From the NCBI GenBank assembly GCA_965644265.1, contig OZ286469.1:62868001-62932000 (forward strand): a stretch of DNA of 64,000 nt. Reading direction: 5' to 3'. Below, in pieces: positions 47,538 through 58,187 of the stretch. How positions within the stretch are numbered: the first letter of the stretch is position 1; each line of letters begins with the position of its first letter. The translations under genes were made by a program, and so were the position numbers. Source of the DNA: Glycera tridactyla. Its lineage: Eukaryota. Below the pieces are notes generated by a model. That model was given only the letters and a program-made list of their open reading frames with translations. It made no database searches and was not told the DNA's origin.

Positions 47538-49824
47538 ACATTCTATTTCTGCCTGTATGTCTGTTGTCTAAGTATCCGTGCATAATATATAATCTGATGA
47601 GGCATTCGTGTTCTGGTTCTGTGTTTTCGTGTGTGATGGGTTTGTATGTGTGTGTGTGCGTGTGTGTGCGTGTGTGTGTGTGTGTGTATATGTGTGTGCC
47701 AGTGGCTCTTGATGATAGGCTCGGTGTGCCCGAGTACTCTGTAGCTTGTATGTGGTAGTGTGGCACCTGGTGGTAGTTGCATGCATCATATTTGATCGTA
47801 TGGGTTTTGTGCAATATGTGTGGCTTTGTTTACACACACACCTGTCATTTTATCTGGTTATTCTATACTGTGGAAAAATTAATTTTGGAATATTCACTAT
47901 GCAGGTCTCTTGTCTTTATTGTCTGTCACTCAGCTGACCTCTACATGTGCCCCTCTCTATCTATTGAGATGCTCCAGGTGCAAAACTGGCTTTCTTGATT
48001 AAAATGTGTTCCCTCAATCCATGCCTTTCGGAATGTGTTTTCCTCAGCTGGAAAAGAGTCACCTTAATCTCAATAGGAGTAAAGAAGTGGTTACTCCCGT
48101 TTCCAATTAAGAGTTGAGAGGTTGGTTGTTGGTTGGTTGGTCCTGGTTTAACGTCTTGTCAGCACCATCTGGGCTATATTGTGACGCCCATGCAATGGTC
48201 ATGTTCAGGATCCTCCAAGAGCGACATTCTAATCCAAGAGAAAATTTGTACTAATGGAGACCATAGGATCCCTGCCGCCACCTACCCATGTCCATGTATG
48301 CACCCCAGCATTCAAACTATTCTGCCCCTACCATAGAATTAACAAGCCCCCTGCAAATGTGTGGCCACTCAAGTATGTGCTGCATGCATTAGATGGTTTG
48401 TTGTTTGTTTGTTTGTTTTAGTTTAACGTCACTTAAACCCGCTTGGGTTATATCGGACTGAAAAACTGAAAATGCTGAAGAAAAAGAGTCACTGCATGCC
48501 GGGGGCCGTCCCTACTCTTTGCGAAAGACAGCAGTGGATCTTCAACGTGCGTGAAGGAAAAGGCTCCTGAATACACGGCCGGCCTTTGATATCCCAGTCG
48601 GCATGCACTGGGTTTGCATTAGATGGATCATCACCAATCAGATCATCTTGATCATCACCAATCAGATCATCTTGGAACCAGTTCTTGTGGAAAAGAAAGG
48701 ATGACCAAACATGATGATCTACATATCTGGAAGGTTCTGCACATCTCTGATAGGACCTAATACACTGAATCCTGACCCACTTAATTTTCCTACCATATTG
48801 TCAAGTTGTGTGTGTGTGTGTGTGTGTGTGTACATTTAGCTGCTCAATCGTGCCTATATCTTCAACTGATCTGAATGTACATTGATATGGCTGAAGGTAC
48901 GACTGGTCAGAAACTCATATAGGGCAAAGTTTCTGAGCATGATGGCGGATCCACTCGAGGATTGTGCCCCTGATAGAACATGCTGACTGGCTGAGACCTG
49001 CGAAACTATCATATCATCTACATATCAGAATTCACCAATCACATTGCATGTAAGATGGTGCATTGGCGCAGAAGGCTTGTTGTAAAAAATATGAAGCAGG
49101 GCACTGCAATTGGGATATATTTCAGTAAAACTAGGGATGCATCAATAGATTTCGGCTTAGAAATAAAGTCATTTACCCAGGGAGATAAGTTGATATATAA
49201 ATAGTACATTCGAACCTGTTTACATAGCCCACTCTCGGTCACATTGAAAGGTTGTTTCTGCATGCAGGTGACGATTGTAGCAGAAGAGCTGTCATCACAA
49301 TTGTAGTGTATGTAGTGTGATATGTGCGATTTCTTTCTAAAGTGTAACCATTCCGTTTTCCGGTTATGTCAAGTATCGTCAGTTTACCTCACTCCGAGGT
49401 GTTATAACAGTTTTAAAGTAGCGCTGCTAACACCTCGAGATTATTCGCCTTGCTCAGGGTGTTAGGATAGGCGAGTGCTCGCTCAGTTTACCTCACTCTG
49501 AGGTGTTATCTAACCGTTCTTTATGTAGTTCTGCTAACACCTTGAGAATACTCGCCTAGCTCAAGGTGTTAGGATAGGCGAGTGCTCGCTTAGTCTAGGC
49601 GTGAAGTGTCAGCTTGCCAGCTGGCTAGTGGCTCTGGCCTGGCTGTGAGTGGCTGCTCACCGTGTTTAACACCTGGGCGGCTTCAGCCAATGAGCGCTAA
49701 CTAGTGGGCATAAAACCGGCTGTTTTTCCCTAATTCAGTCATACCCTGTGAAGACTTCCAGCTTCCAGTGTCTACTACTCCTACTACATTGCGTCTACCT
49801 CTGCTACATCTGCTATCGTCTACT

Positions 49825-50928
49825 ATGGAGTCAACAGCTGCCCTTCATCTTGCACCTGGTGGAATGCCCAGCAAGCTTGCGAAGCTGAAGAAGCGACAAA
49901 GGCAGAATTTGAAGGCTCAGAGGGCTGCTAATTTCGAGCAGGCAGCTGCTATCTCCGAGCTGATGAGAGTACGGGCTGCTGCTGCCAGTGTCACCACTTC
50001 GTCTGCTGCCATTTCAAGTGCTACTACTTCTACTGCTGCTACTCCTACTGTCGGTGTCCCTAGTTCCTCTACTGCCGTTTCCAGTGCTACTACTCCTACT
50101 GCTGCTACTACTGCCTCTTCTACGCCTACCGCTACGCCTAGATCTGCTGCTACGATTTCTCCTCAGACAGCCGCCGACTCGACAACCATCTCTACACAGA
50201 CTTCCGACGTGGGAACTAAAGTCATCTCTACTCAGACTGCTGCGTTGCCTATTCTGTCCACGACTGCAGCTACCTCCGCTTCGTCTGCTTCGAGTGTCCC
50301 CCAGACCCAGGTGCTCATCATGGGAAGCTCACACGTCGCCCGTATTCCCCTTTCAGCTTTAGACGGAGCGACCAATGTGACTTTGGCCGGGCGAGAGGGA
50401 TTTACCTGGTCGGAAGCCTTGCAAGTCCTGCAGGGAGAGAAGGAGCCGTCACGTGGAGATCTCTCTTCTACCTCTATGCGTGACCTAATTCTTAAGTGCA
50501 GCGTTTGTGTGTTTATTTATGGATCTAATGATCTCGCTCGTAGATTTTTCGACATAGAGAGTGGCAGAAATCGTTTTGCCACCTCAAGTGAGGTCATTCA
50601 TGACATGAACTCCTTCTTATCGTATGTCGAATACCTGCGTGTGAAGTCTGGGCTGCCTATGCCTAGAATTTATGTTCTGAGCATTTTGACGCGTCCGGAT
50701 TGGGACCAGGAGTGGGTGAGGGCGGCCTGGCATGTGAATGAGGGAGTGGCTGCTCATCCCAGTGTAACGTCTTTGGTGGTGCCCGCCTGGTTCCATCCGG
50801 ACGCACATATTCGACCAACTACAGCTAAGGGTACTAAAGATAACAAGCATCTATATCAGCATCTGTATCCCGAGTTGTTGTATTCGATCAAGAGGGAGGT
50901 TAGGGCTTTCTCCCCAGGAGACTGGTGA
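49825..50928 (+). CDS. SGNH hydrolase-domain protein, copy A16 (most divergent copy)
   Basis: Intact frame with multiple substitutions (e.g. AKLKKRQR N-terminus). Catalytic motifs retained. Confidence 0.85.
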   Translation: MESTAALHLAPGGMPSKLAKLKKRQRQNLKAQRAANFEQAAAISELMRVRAAAASVTTSSAAISSATTSTAATPTVGVPSSSTAVSSATTPTAATTASSTPTATPRSAATISPQTAADSTTISTQTSDVGTKVISTQTAALPILSTTAATSASSASSVPQTQVLIMGSSHVARIPLSALDGATNVTLAGREGFTWSEALQVLQGEKEPSRGDLSSTSMRDLILKCSVCVFIYGSNDLARRFFDIESGRNRFATSSEVIHDMNSFLSYVEYLRVKSGLPMPRIYVLSILTRPDWDQEWVRAAWHVNEGVAAHPSVTSLVVPAWFHPDAHIRPTTAKGTKDNKHLYQHLYPELLYSIKREVRAFSPGDW

Positions 50929-52018
50929 ACATTCTATTTCTGCCTGTATGTCTGTTGTCTGTAAATATCCGTGCATAATATATAATCTAATGAGGCATTC
51001 GTGTTCTGGTTCTGTGTTTTTGTGTGTGATGGGTTTGTGTGTGTGTGTGTGTACGTGTGTGTGTGCTTGTGTGTGTGTGTGTATGTGTATGTGTGCCAGT
51101 GGCTCTTGATGATAGGCTCGGTGTGCCCGAGTACTCTGTAGTTTGTATGTGGTAGTGAGGCACCTGGTGGTAGTTGCATGCATCATATTTGATCGTATGG
51201 GTTTTGTGCAATATGTGTGGCTTTGTTTACACACACACACACCTGTCATTTTATCTGGTTATTCTATACTGTGGAAAAATAAATTTTGGAATATTCACTA
51301 TGCAGGTCTCTTGTCTTTATTGCCTGTCACTCAGCTGACCTCTACATGTGCCCCTCTCTATCTATTGAGATGCTCCAGGTGCAAAACTGGCTTTCTTGAT
51401 TAAAATGTGTTCCCCCAATCCATGCCTTCCGGAATGTGTTTTCCTCAGCTGGAAAAGAGTCACCTTAATCTCAATAGGAGTAAAGAAGTGGTTACTACCG
51501 TTTCCAATTAAGAGTTGAGAGGTTGGTTGTTGGTTGGTTGGTCCTGGTTTAACGTCTTGTCAGCACCATCTGGGCTATATTGTGACGCCCATGCAATGGT
51601 CATGTTCAGGATCCTCCAAGAGCGACATTCTAATCCAAGAGAAAATTTGTACCAATGGAGACCATAGGATCCCTGCCGCCACCTACCCATGTCCATGTAT
51701 GCACCCCAGCATTCAAACTATTCTGCCCCTACCATAGAATTAACACGCCCCCTACAAATGTGTGGCCACTCAAGTATGTGCTGCATGCATTAGATGGATC
51801 ATCACCAATCAGATCATCTTGGAACCAAACAGTTCTTGTGGAAAAGAAAGGATGACCAAACATGATGATCTACATATCCGGAAGGTTCTGCACATCTCTG
51901 ATAGGACCTAATACACTGAATCCTGACCCAATTAATTTTCCTACCATATGGTCAAGTTGTGTGTGTGTGTACATTTAGCTGCTCAATCGTGCCTATATCT
52001 TCAACTGATCTGAATGTA

Positions 52019-52974
52019 CATTGATATGGCTGGAGGTACGACTGGTCAGAAACTCATATAGGGCAAAGTTTCTGAGCATGATGGCGGATCCACTCGGGGA
52101 TTGTGCCCCTGATCGAACATGCTGACTGGCTGAGACCTGCGAAACTATCATATCATCTACATATCAGAATTCACCAATCACATTGCATGTAAGATGGTGC
52201 ATTGGCGCAGAAGGCTTGTTGTAAAAAATATGAAGCAGGGCACTGCAATTGGGATATATTTCAGTAAAACTAGGGATGCATCAATAGATTTCGGCTTAGA
52301 AATAAGGTCATTTACACAGGGAGATAAGTTGATATATAAATAGTACATTCGTACCTGTTCACATAGCCCACTCTCGGTCACATTGAAAGGTTGTTTCTGC
52401 ATGCAGGTGACGATTATAGCAGAAGAGCTGTCATCACAATTACAGTCAAACCTGTGTGAGACCACCCTACAGTTATACAGGGCACACCTGGTTGGTCGGT
52501 TGGTAGGTTCATTGATATGGCTGAAGATACGACTGGACAGAAACTCATATAGGGCAAAGTTTCTGAGCATGATGGCGGATTCACTTGGGGATTGTTCCCC
52601 TGATCGAACATGCTGACTGGCTGAGACCTGAGAAACTATTATATCATCTACATATCAGAATTTACCAATCACATTGCATGTGAGATGGTGCATTGGCGCA
52701 GAAGGCTTGTTGTAAAAAATATGAAGCAGGGCACTGCAATTGGGATATATTTCAGTGAAACTAGGGATGCATCAATAGATTTCGGCTTAGAAATAAGGTC
52801 GTTTACCCAGGGAGATAAGTTGATGTATAAATAGTACATTCGAACAAAGCCCACTCTCGGTCACATTGAAAGGTTGTTTCTGCATGCAGGTGACGATTGT
52901 AGCAGAAGAGCTGTCATCACAATTACAGTCGAACCTGTGTGAGACCACCCTACAGTTATACAGGGCACACCTGG
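52019..52974 (+). repeat. Diverged ~470-bp direct duplication at the end of array A (52019-52491 and 52510-52974)
   Basis: Both copies run from CATTGATATGGCTG to CAGGGCACACCTGG, with scattered substitutions and an indel. Confidence 0.9.
52441..52466 (+). mobile_element. Possible Tc1/mariner/pogo-type MITE terminal fragment (second copy about 52924)
   Basis: TA followed by CAGTCAAACCTG...ACCACC resembles pogo-like TIR starts (TA|CAGT...). No partner TIR is seen in the window. Confidence 0.3.
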
Positions 52975-53845
52975 GAATGTTGCGGTCACACACAGGACTG
53001 CAACAGTCCACATCTTCATTACAGAGTGACGGAGTGGGAAGAGTTTCCTGGTCCATATGGGGATGTGATTGTTCCATGGGTCCAGAGTTTAGAGTTTCTG
53101 ATGAAAAAATGTAACAATCCATGCATATGTCAGAAAGGGCCTTTTATGATGAATATTGGCAGTTGAGCTTCTTCTCTGGTGAATAATACTGTGGTTGAAT
53201 GCGTCTCCAGTCAGCTTTACAGGGTTATTCGTTGTGAGCCAATCACATCCCTGCATACAGTACAGACTATCAGGTCCTGGACAATCATGCGCTGGTGTGT
53301 GCCCCCACACCACAGGATGGGCACGCCTGCCATGCAGGATTTCAATTGACATCAGTTACAAGTATGCAAGATGATTACATTGCATTGTCAAAAGACAATT
53401 TGGCCAACATGAAAGATGTTTTTAGTATGTTACTAACAATTCTCCGCACACTGCAATGATATGGGCATACAAGCTAATTTTTTTTGCATCTCAATCATTG
53501 CTGTTGGTGACTTGATGCAGTTATCACCAGTCAATATTCTAATATATGTGATTTTGAGTAAATTTCACTGAAACTCCAAAAAGAAGATCATGTACAAAAC
53601 CTCATTCAATGGTCTGCAACATTTGATGTTCTGAATCAATATGGACAAATTATACATCAATCGATGCAAAATCTTGTCCTGCATTGATGTTCCAAATTTG
53701 GTGAAGATCCGTCAGAGTTGTGGAAGAATTTGACGAGGAATGGATATGAAGCTAGACGAAATCACTTCCTGGCTTCATTTTCGACTGCTGAAACAATCAT
53801 GACCATCAGTTGCTTTCGCTCACGTCCGTGAGTGTGCCTTATATC

Positions 53846-54564
53846 ATGAAAGAAAAGGCTCACTTGCCTATCGCTACCAAGACGTTGTCTGCAGTTACTA
53901 TATCTTCGTCGTCGCAAACCAAGAGAGAACCTGTCGTCGTACAGTCCCCGAAGGTACTCATCATGGGCAGCTCCCATGTTGCCAGGATTCCCTCCAGTGC
54001 CCTGCAGGGTGCCACCAACGTGTCTCTAGCCGGTCGCGAGGGATATACTTGGGGTGATGCCCTAAAAGTGCTCCAGGGCAGGATGGAACCAGCCCGGGGG
54101 ACCGTGCCCCTCAGCGATCTACAGCAGTTAATACTTGATAGTGATGTGTGCGTGTTTGTCTACGGTTCTAACGATTTGGCCCGTAGATTCTTTGATGTGA
54201 AGCTGGGGGTGTGTCGAGGGCCTACCTCAGCTGAGGTTGTTGCAGATATGAAAGCCTTTCTATCTTATGTTCTCTACCTTCGAGTAAAGGCTGGTTTGCC
54301 TGTGCCACGTATCCACGTGTTGAGTGTTCTTGTGAGGCCAGATTGGGGACAAGAACTTGTGGATGCCGCGTGGAGGGTGAATGACACTGTTTCAGCTCAC
54401 CCTGACGTGGCATCTTTAATCATCCCTTTCTGGTTTCACCCGGAGTCCCACATCTGACTGCACGAGGAAGTGTGGACAACAAGCATCTGCCTCCCTATCT
54501 TTACAAAGAACTATTGAAGACTATAAAATGCGAGGTGAGGGGTCATGCTCCTGGTGACTGGTGA
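53846..54564 (+). pseudogene. SGNH paralog B, copy 1, frameshifted
   Basis: A 7-bp deletion (CATCCGCCCTCTGA>CATCTGA) gives a stop at 54455-54457, before the DNKH block. Confidence 0.85.
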
Positions 54565-54583
54565 GGGGTGATGTTTCTGTATT

Positions 54584-55285
54584 ATGTCTCTTTTGTATGT
54601 TCATAAATATACTGCCTCGAGCGCTGCTGCTACTATATCTACCAAGACTGCTGCGGTCTCTGCGACTATTTCTACACAGACTGCTACATCGAGCGCCTCT
54701 GCTACTACTTCTACCCAGACTGCTGCGTCCTCTACGACTATTTCGACACAGATGTCCGACGTGAAGGTTCAACCTGTATCAATACAGACTTTTGCAGTGC
54801 CATCCCTATCTTCGTCCTTGTCTCCTTCAGGTTCAAAAGTTCTCATCATGGGTAGCTCCCACGTGGCCCGGATTCCTGCTTCATTGCTAGAGGGAGCAAC
54901 TAACGTGACTTTGGCTGGGCGAGAGGGCTTCACTTGGTCTGAAGCCCTACAAGTTTTGCAGGGAAGAAAGGAGCCTTCGTGTGGGGACTTGTCTGCTGCT
55001 GCAATCCGAGACTTGATTCTAACAAGTACTGTTAGAGAAACTGTCACCCAGCAAGCAGGCCAAAAACCCATCTCAGGAAATCCAATCAGTTTCCAGCCCA
55101 GCACTGGACGATCTGGGATACACTCTATTGAACATAGAGAGCCTAGGAAACACCATCATGGAGACACCTACAAACACACTCACACAACCACCACACACAC
55201 CAACAAACAGCAGTGTAGTAGCAACAGCAATCATGTCGCCAACCACACAGATGCTCCCAAACAAACCGCGCAGCAGACAGCTTAA
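54584..55285 (+). pseudogene. Truncated SGNH paralog C, copy 1, fused to unrelated sequence
   Basis: T/S-rich linker plus the N-terminal half of the SGNH domain ([15 protein letters not shown]). Homology stops near 55033, before GSND. Confidence 0.8.
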
Positions 55286-56237
55286 CCCTATCCCCACAGC
55301 AGAAGAGTTAGCAGCACATCAGAAACAGAATAGCAGACATCAGATCAAGATGCCATCTCCTAGGATCACAAAAACTGTGGAGAAAGCCAGCAACCCACCG
55401 ATCAAGTATCTGTCCAACTATGACAGATACTACGAGCACCTCTACCTTCCAGAGAGGGCACCTGAAGTAGGGCAGGGAGAAGTCGAGATCGAAGCACTAG
55501 ACTGCTTCTCTAGGAAGTACGGGCTTATCCCATCATCCTATGTGACCCAGATGGCGTCAGACAAACAGCACATTGACAGGTCATCCAACAAACAGCATGT
55601 CCAGATCCACTGGGTAGAGGGACACTACATCACCTCACAACTCAAAAACAAGAAACTGAAGATCTGGGACTCTAGACCAACCAAAAACATCATCCAGAGG
55701 CTCACCCCACAGATCAAGGCGCTCTATGAGGAGAGCCAATTCGACCTGGTGCAGCACAGAATAGTGCAGAACCAGAATAACAGCACAGAATAGTGCAGAA
55801 CCAGAATAACAGCACAGACTGTGGCCCCTTCGCAGCAGCCTTCGCCCAAATCCTGGTCATGACGAAGGCTGACTTGGGACAAATCGAGTTCCAGCAGGGC
55901 TCAATACGGGAAAAATTCCAGGCCAACCTCAACACCCTGGAGTCTCTGCCCTTCAAAGCGAAGAGGAATCCGTTGAAAATCAACGACATCCTTGACCAGG
56001 CTGCCTCAAATGAAGTCTTTGCCAGGCAGACCATTCTAGAAGAAGCAGCTGGAAAATTCCCTAGTCTAGCAGAAGCAGCGGATTTAGCCAGTAAACACAG
56101 CAAGAGGGAGCTGAAAGAAGTGGTCAGCCCCACAAGATCACCACCCACACCACGAAGACAACAACAACCAGACAGGCCCAAAACACACACCAGCTTCAAA
56201 GACAAGCTGACAGCACCCGCCGCAACATCACAGCCAG
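55033..56237 (+). pseudogene. Ulp1/C48-like cysteine-protease ORF fragment, copy 1 (probably transposon-derived)
   Basis: VQIHWVEGHYITS (His), KIWDS (Asp) and QNQNNSTDCGPFAAAFA (Gln/Cys) match the Ulp1-family H-D-Q-C order. Broken by a 29-bp tandem duplication at 55761-55818. Confidence 0.7.
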
Positions 56238-56875
56238 CCCTGCATACAGTACAGACTATCAGGTCCTGGACAATCATGCGCTGGTGTGTGCCCCAACACC
56301 ACAGGATCAGCAGCTTATGACACAGGATCAGCGGCCTATGACACAGATGGGCACGCCTGCCATGCAGGATTTCAATTGACATCAGTTACAAGTAAGCAAG
56401 ATGATTACATTGCATTGTCAAAAGACAATTTGGCCAACATGAAAGATGTTTTTAGTATGTTACTAACAATTCTCCGCACACTGCAATGATATGGGCATAC
56501 AAGCTAATTTTTTTTGCATCTCAATCATTGCTGTTGGTGACTTGATGCAGTTATCACCAGTCAATATTCTAATATATGTGATTTTGAGTAAATTTCACTG
56601 AAACTCCAAAAAGAAGATCATGTACAAAACCTCATTCAATGGTCTGCAACATTTGATGTTCTGAATCAATATGGACAAATTATACATCAATCGATGCAAA
56701 ATCTCGTCCTGCATTGATGTTCCAAATTTGGTGAAGATCCGTCAGAGTTGTGGAAGAGTTTGACGAGGAATGGATATGAAGCTAGACGAAATCACTTCCT
56801 GGCTTCATTTTCGACTGCTGAAACAATCATGACCATCAGTTGCTTTCGCTCACGTCCGTGAGTGTGCCTTATATC

Positions 56876-57601
56876 ATGAAAGAAAAGGCTCACTTGCCTA
56901 TCGCTACCCAGACGTTGTCTGCAGTTACTATATCTTCGTCGTCGCAAACCAAGAGAGAACCTGTCGTCGTACAGTCCCCGAAGGTACTCATCATGGGCAG
57001 CTCCCATGTTGCCAGGATTCCCTCCAGTGCCCTGCAGGGTGCCACCAACATGTCTCTAGCCGGTCGCGAGGGATATACTTGGGGTGATGCCCTAAAAGTG
57101 CTCCAGGGCAGGATGGAACCAGCCCGGGGGACCGTGCCCCTCAGCGATCTACAGCAGTTAATACTTGATAGTGATGTGTGCGTGTTTGTCTACGGTTCTG
57201 ACGATTTGGCCCGTAGATTCTTTGATGTGAAGCTGGGGGTGTGTCGAGGGCCTACCTCAGCTGAGGTTGTTGCAGATATGAAAGCCTTTCTATCTTATGT
57301 TCTCTACCTTCGAGTAAAGGCTGGTTTGCCTGTGCCACGTATCCACGTGTTGAGTATTCTTGTGAGGCCAGATTGGGGACAAGAACTTGTGGATGCCGCG
57401 TGGAGGGTGAATGACGCTGTTTCAGCTCACCCTGACGTGGCATCTTTAATCATCCCTTTCTGGTTTCACCCGGAGTCCCACATCCGCCCTCTGACTGCAC
57501 GAGGAAGTGTGGACAACAAGCATCTGCATCCCTATCTTTACAAAGAACTATTGAAGACTATAAAATGCGAGGTGAGGGGTCATGCTCCTGGTGACTGGTG
57601 A
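56876..57601 (+). CDS. SGNH paralog B, copy 2 (241 aa; block III GSND>GSDD)
   Basis: Clear homolog of the A ORF ([42 protein letters not shown]). The conserved Asn is substituted. Confidence 0.7.
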   Translation: MKEKAHLPIATQTLSAVTISSSSQTKREPVVVQSPKVLIMGSSHVARIPSSALQGATNMSLAGREGYTWGDALKVLQGRMEPARGTVPLSDLQQLILDSDVCVFVYGSDDLARRFFDVKLGVCRGPTSAEVVADMKAFLSYVLYLRVKAGLPVPRIHVLSILVRPDWGQELVDAAWRVNDAVSAHPDVASLIIPFWFHPESHIRPLTARGSVDNKHLHPYLYKELLKTIKCEVRGHAPGDW

Positions 57602-57620
57602 GAGGTGATGTTTCTGTATT

Positions 57621-58187
57621 ATGTCCCTTTCGTATGTTCATGAATATACTGCCTCGAGCGCTGCTGCTACTATATCTACCAAGACTGCTGCGGTCTCTGC
57701 GACTATTTCTACACAGACTGCTACATCGAGCGCCTCTGCTACTACTTCTACCCAGACTGCTGCATCCTCTACGACTATTTCGACACAGACGTCCGACGTG
57801 AAGGTTCAACCTGTATCAATACAGACTTTTGCAGTGCCATCCCTATCTTCGTCCTTGTCTTCTTCAGGTTCAAAAGTTCTCATCATGGGTAGCTCCCACG
57901 TGGCCCGGATTCCTGCTTCATTGCTAGAGGGAGCAACTAACGTGACTTTGGCTGGGCGAGAGGGCTTCACTTGGTCTGAAGCCCTACAAGTTTTGCAGGG
58001 AAGAAAGGAGCCTTCGCGTGGGGACTTGTCTGCTGCTGCAATCCGAGACTTGATTCTAAGTACTGTTAGAGAAACTGTCACCCAGCAAGCAGGCCAAAAA
58101 CCCATCTCAGGAAATCCAATCAGTTTCCAGCCCAGCACTGGACGATCTGGGATACACTCTATTGAACATAGAGAGCCTAGACACTAG
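57621..58187 (+). pseudogene. Truncated SGNH paralog C, copy 2
   Basis: Same structure as copy 1. Confidence 0.8.

Larger units (their letters stand above)
1..52441 (+). repeat. Array A: head-to-tail macrosatellite, ~3.39-3.42 kb unit, 16 copies (first partial, 13th 5'-deleted)
   Basis: Unit junction TCACAATT|GTAGTGTATG recurs with unit starts at 2783, 6175, 9567, 12983, 16380, 19788, 23189, 26584, 29981, 33391, 36795, 42498, 45909 and 49303. The last unit ends at 52441, where TCACAATT is followed by different sequence. The same ORF set repeats with this period. Confidence 0.98.

Noticed and set aside
55030-55040. TGTT as the 5' end of an LTR retrotransposon insertion
   Set aside because: No second LTR, PBS, PPT or target-site duplication. 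The TG can be read as part of paralog C codons, and the protease frame is open right up to the junction.
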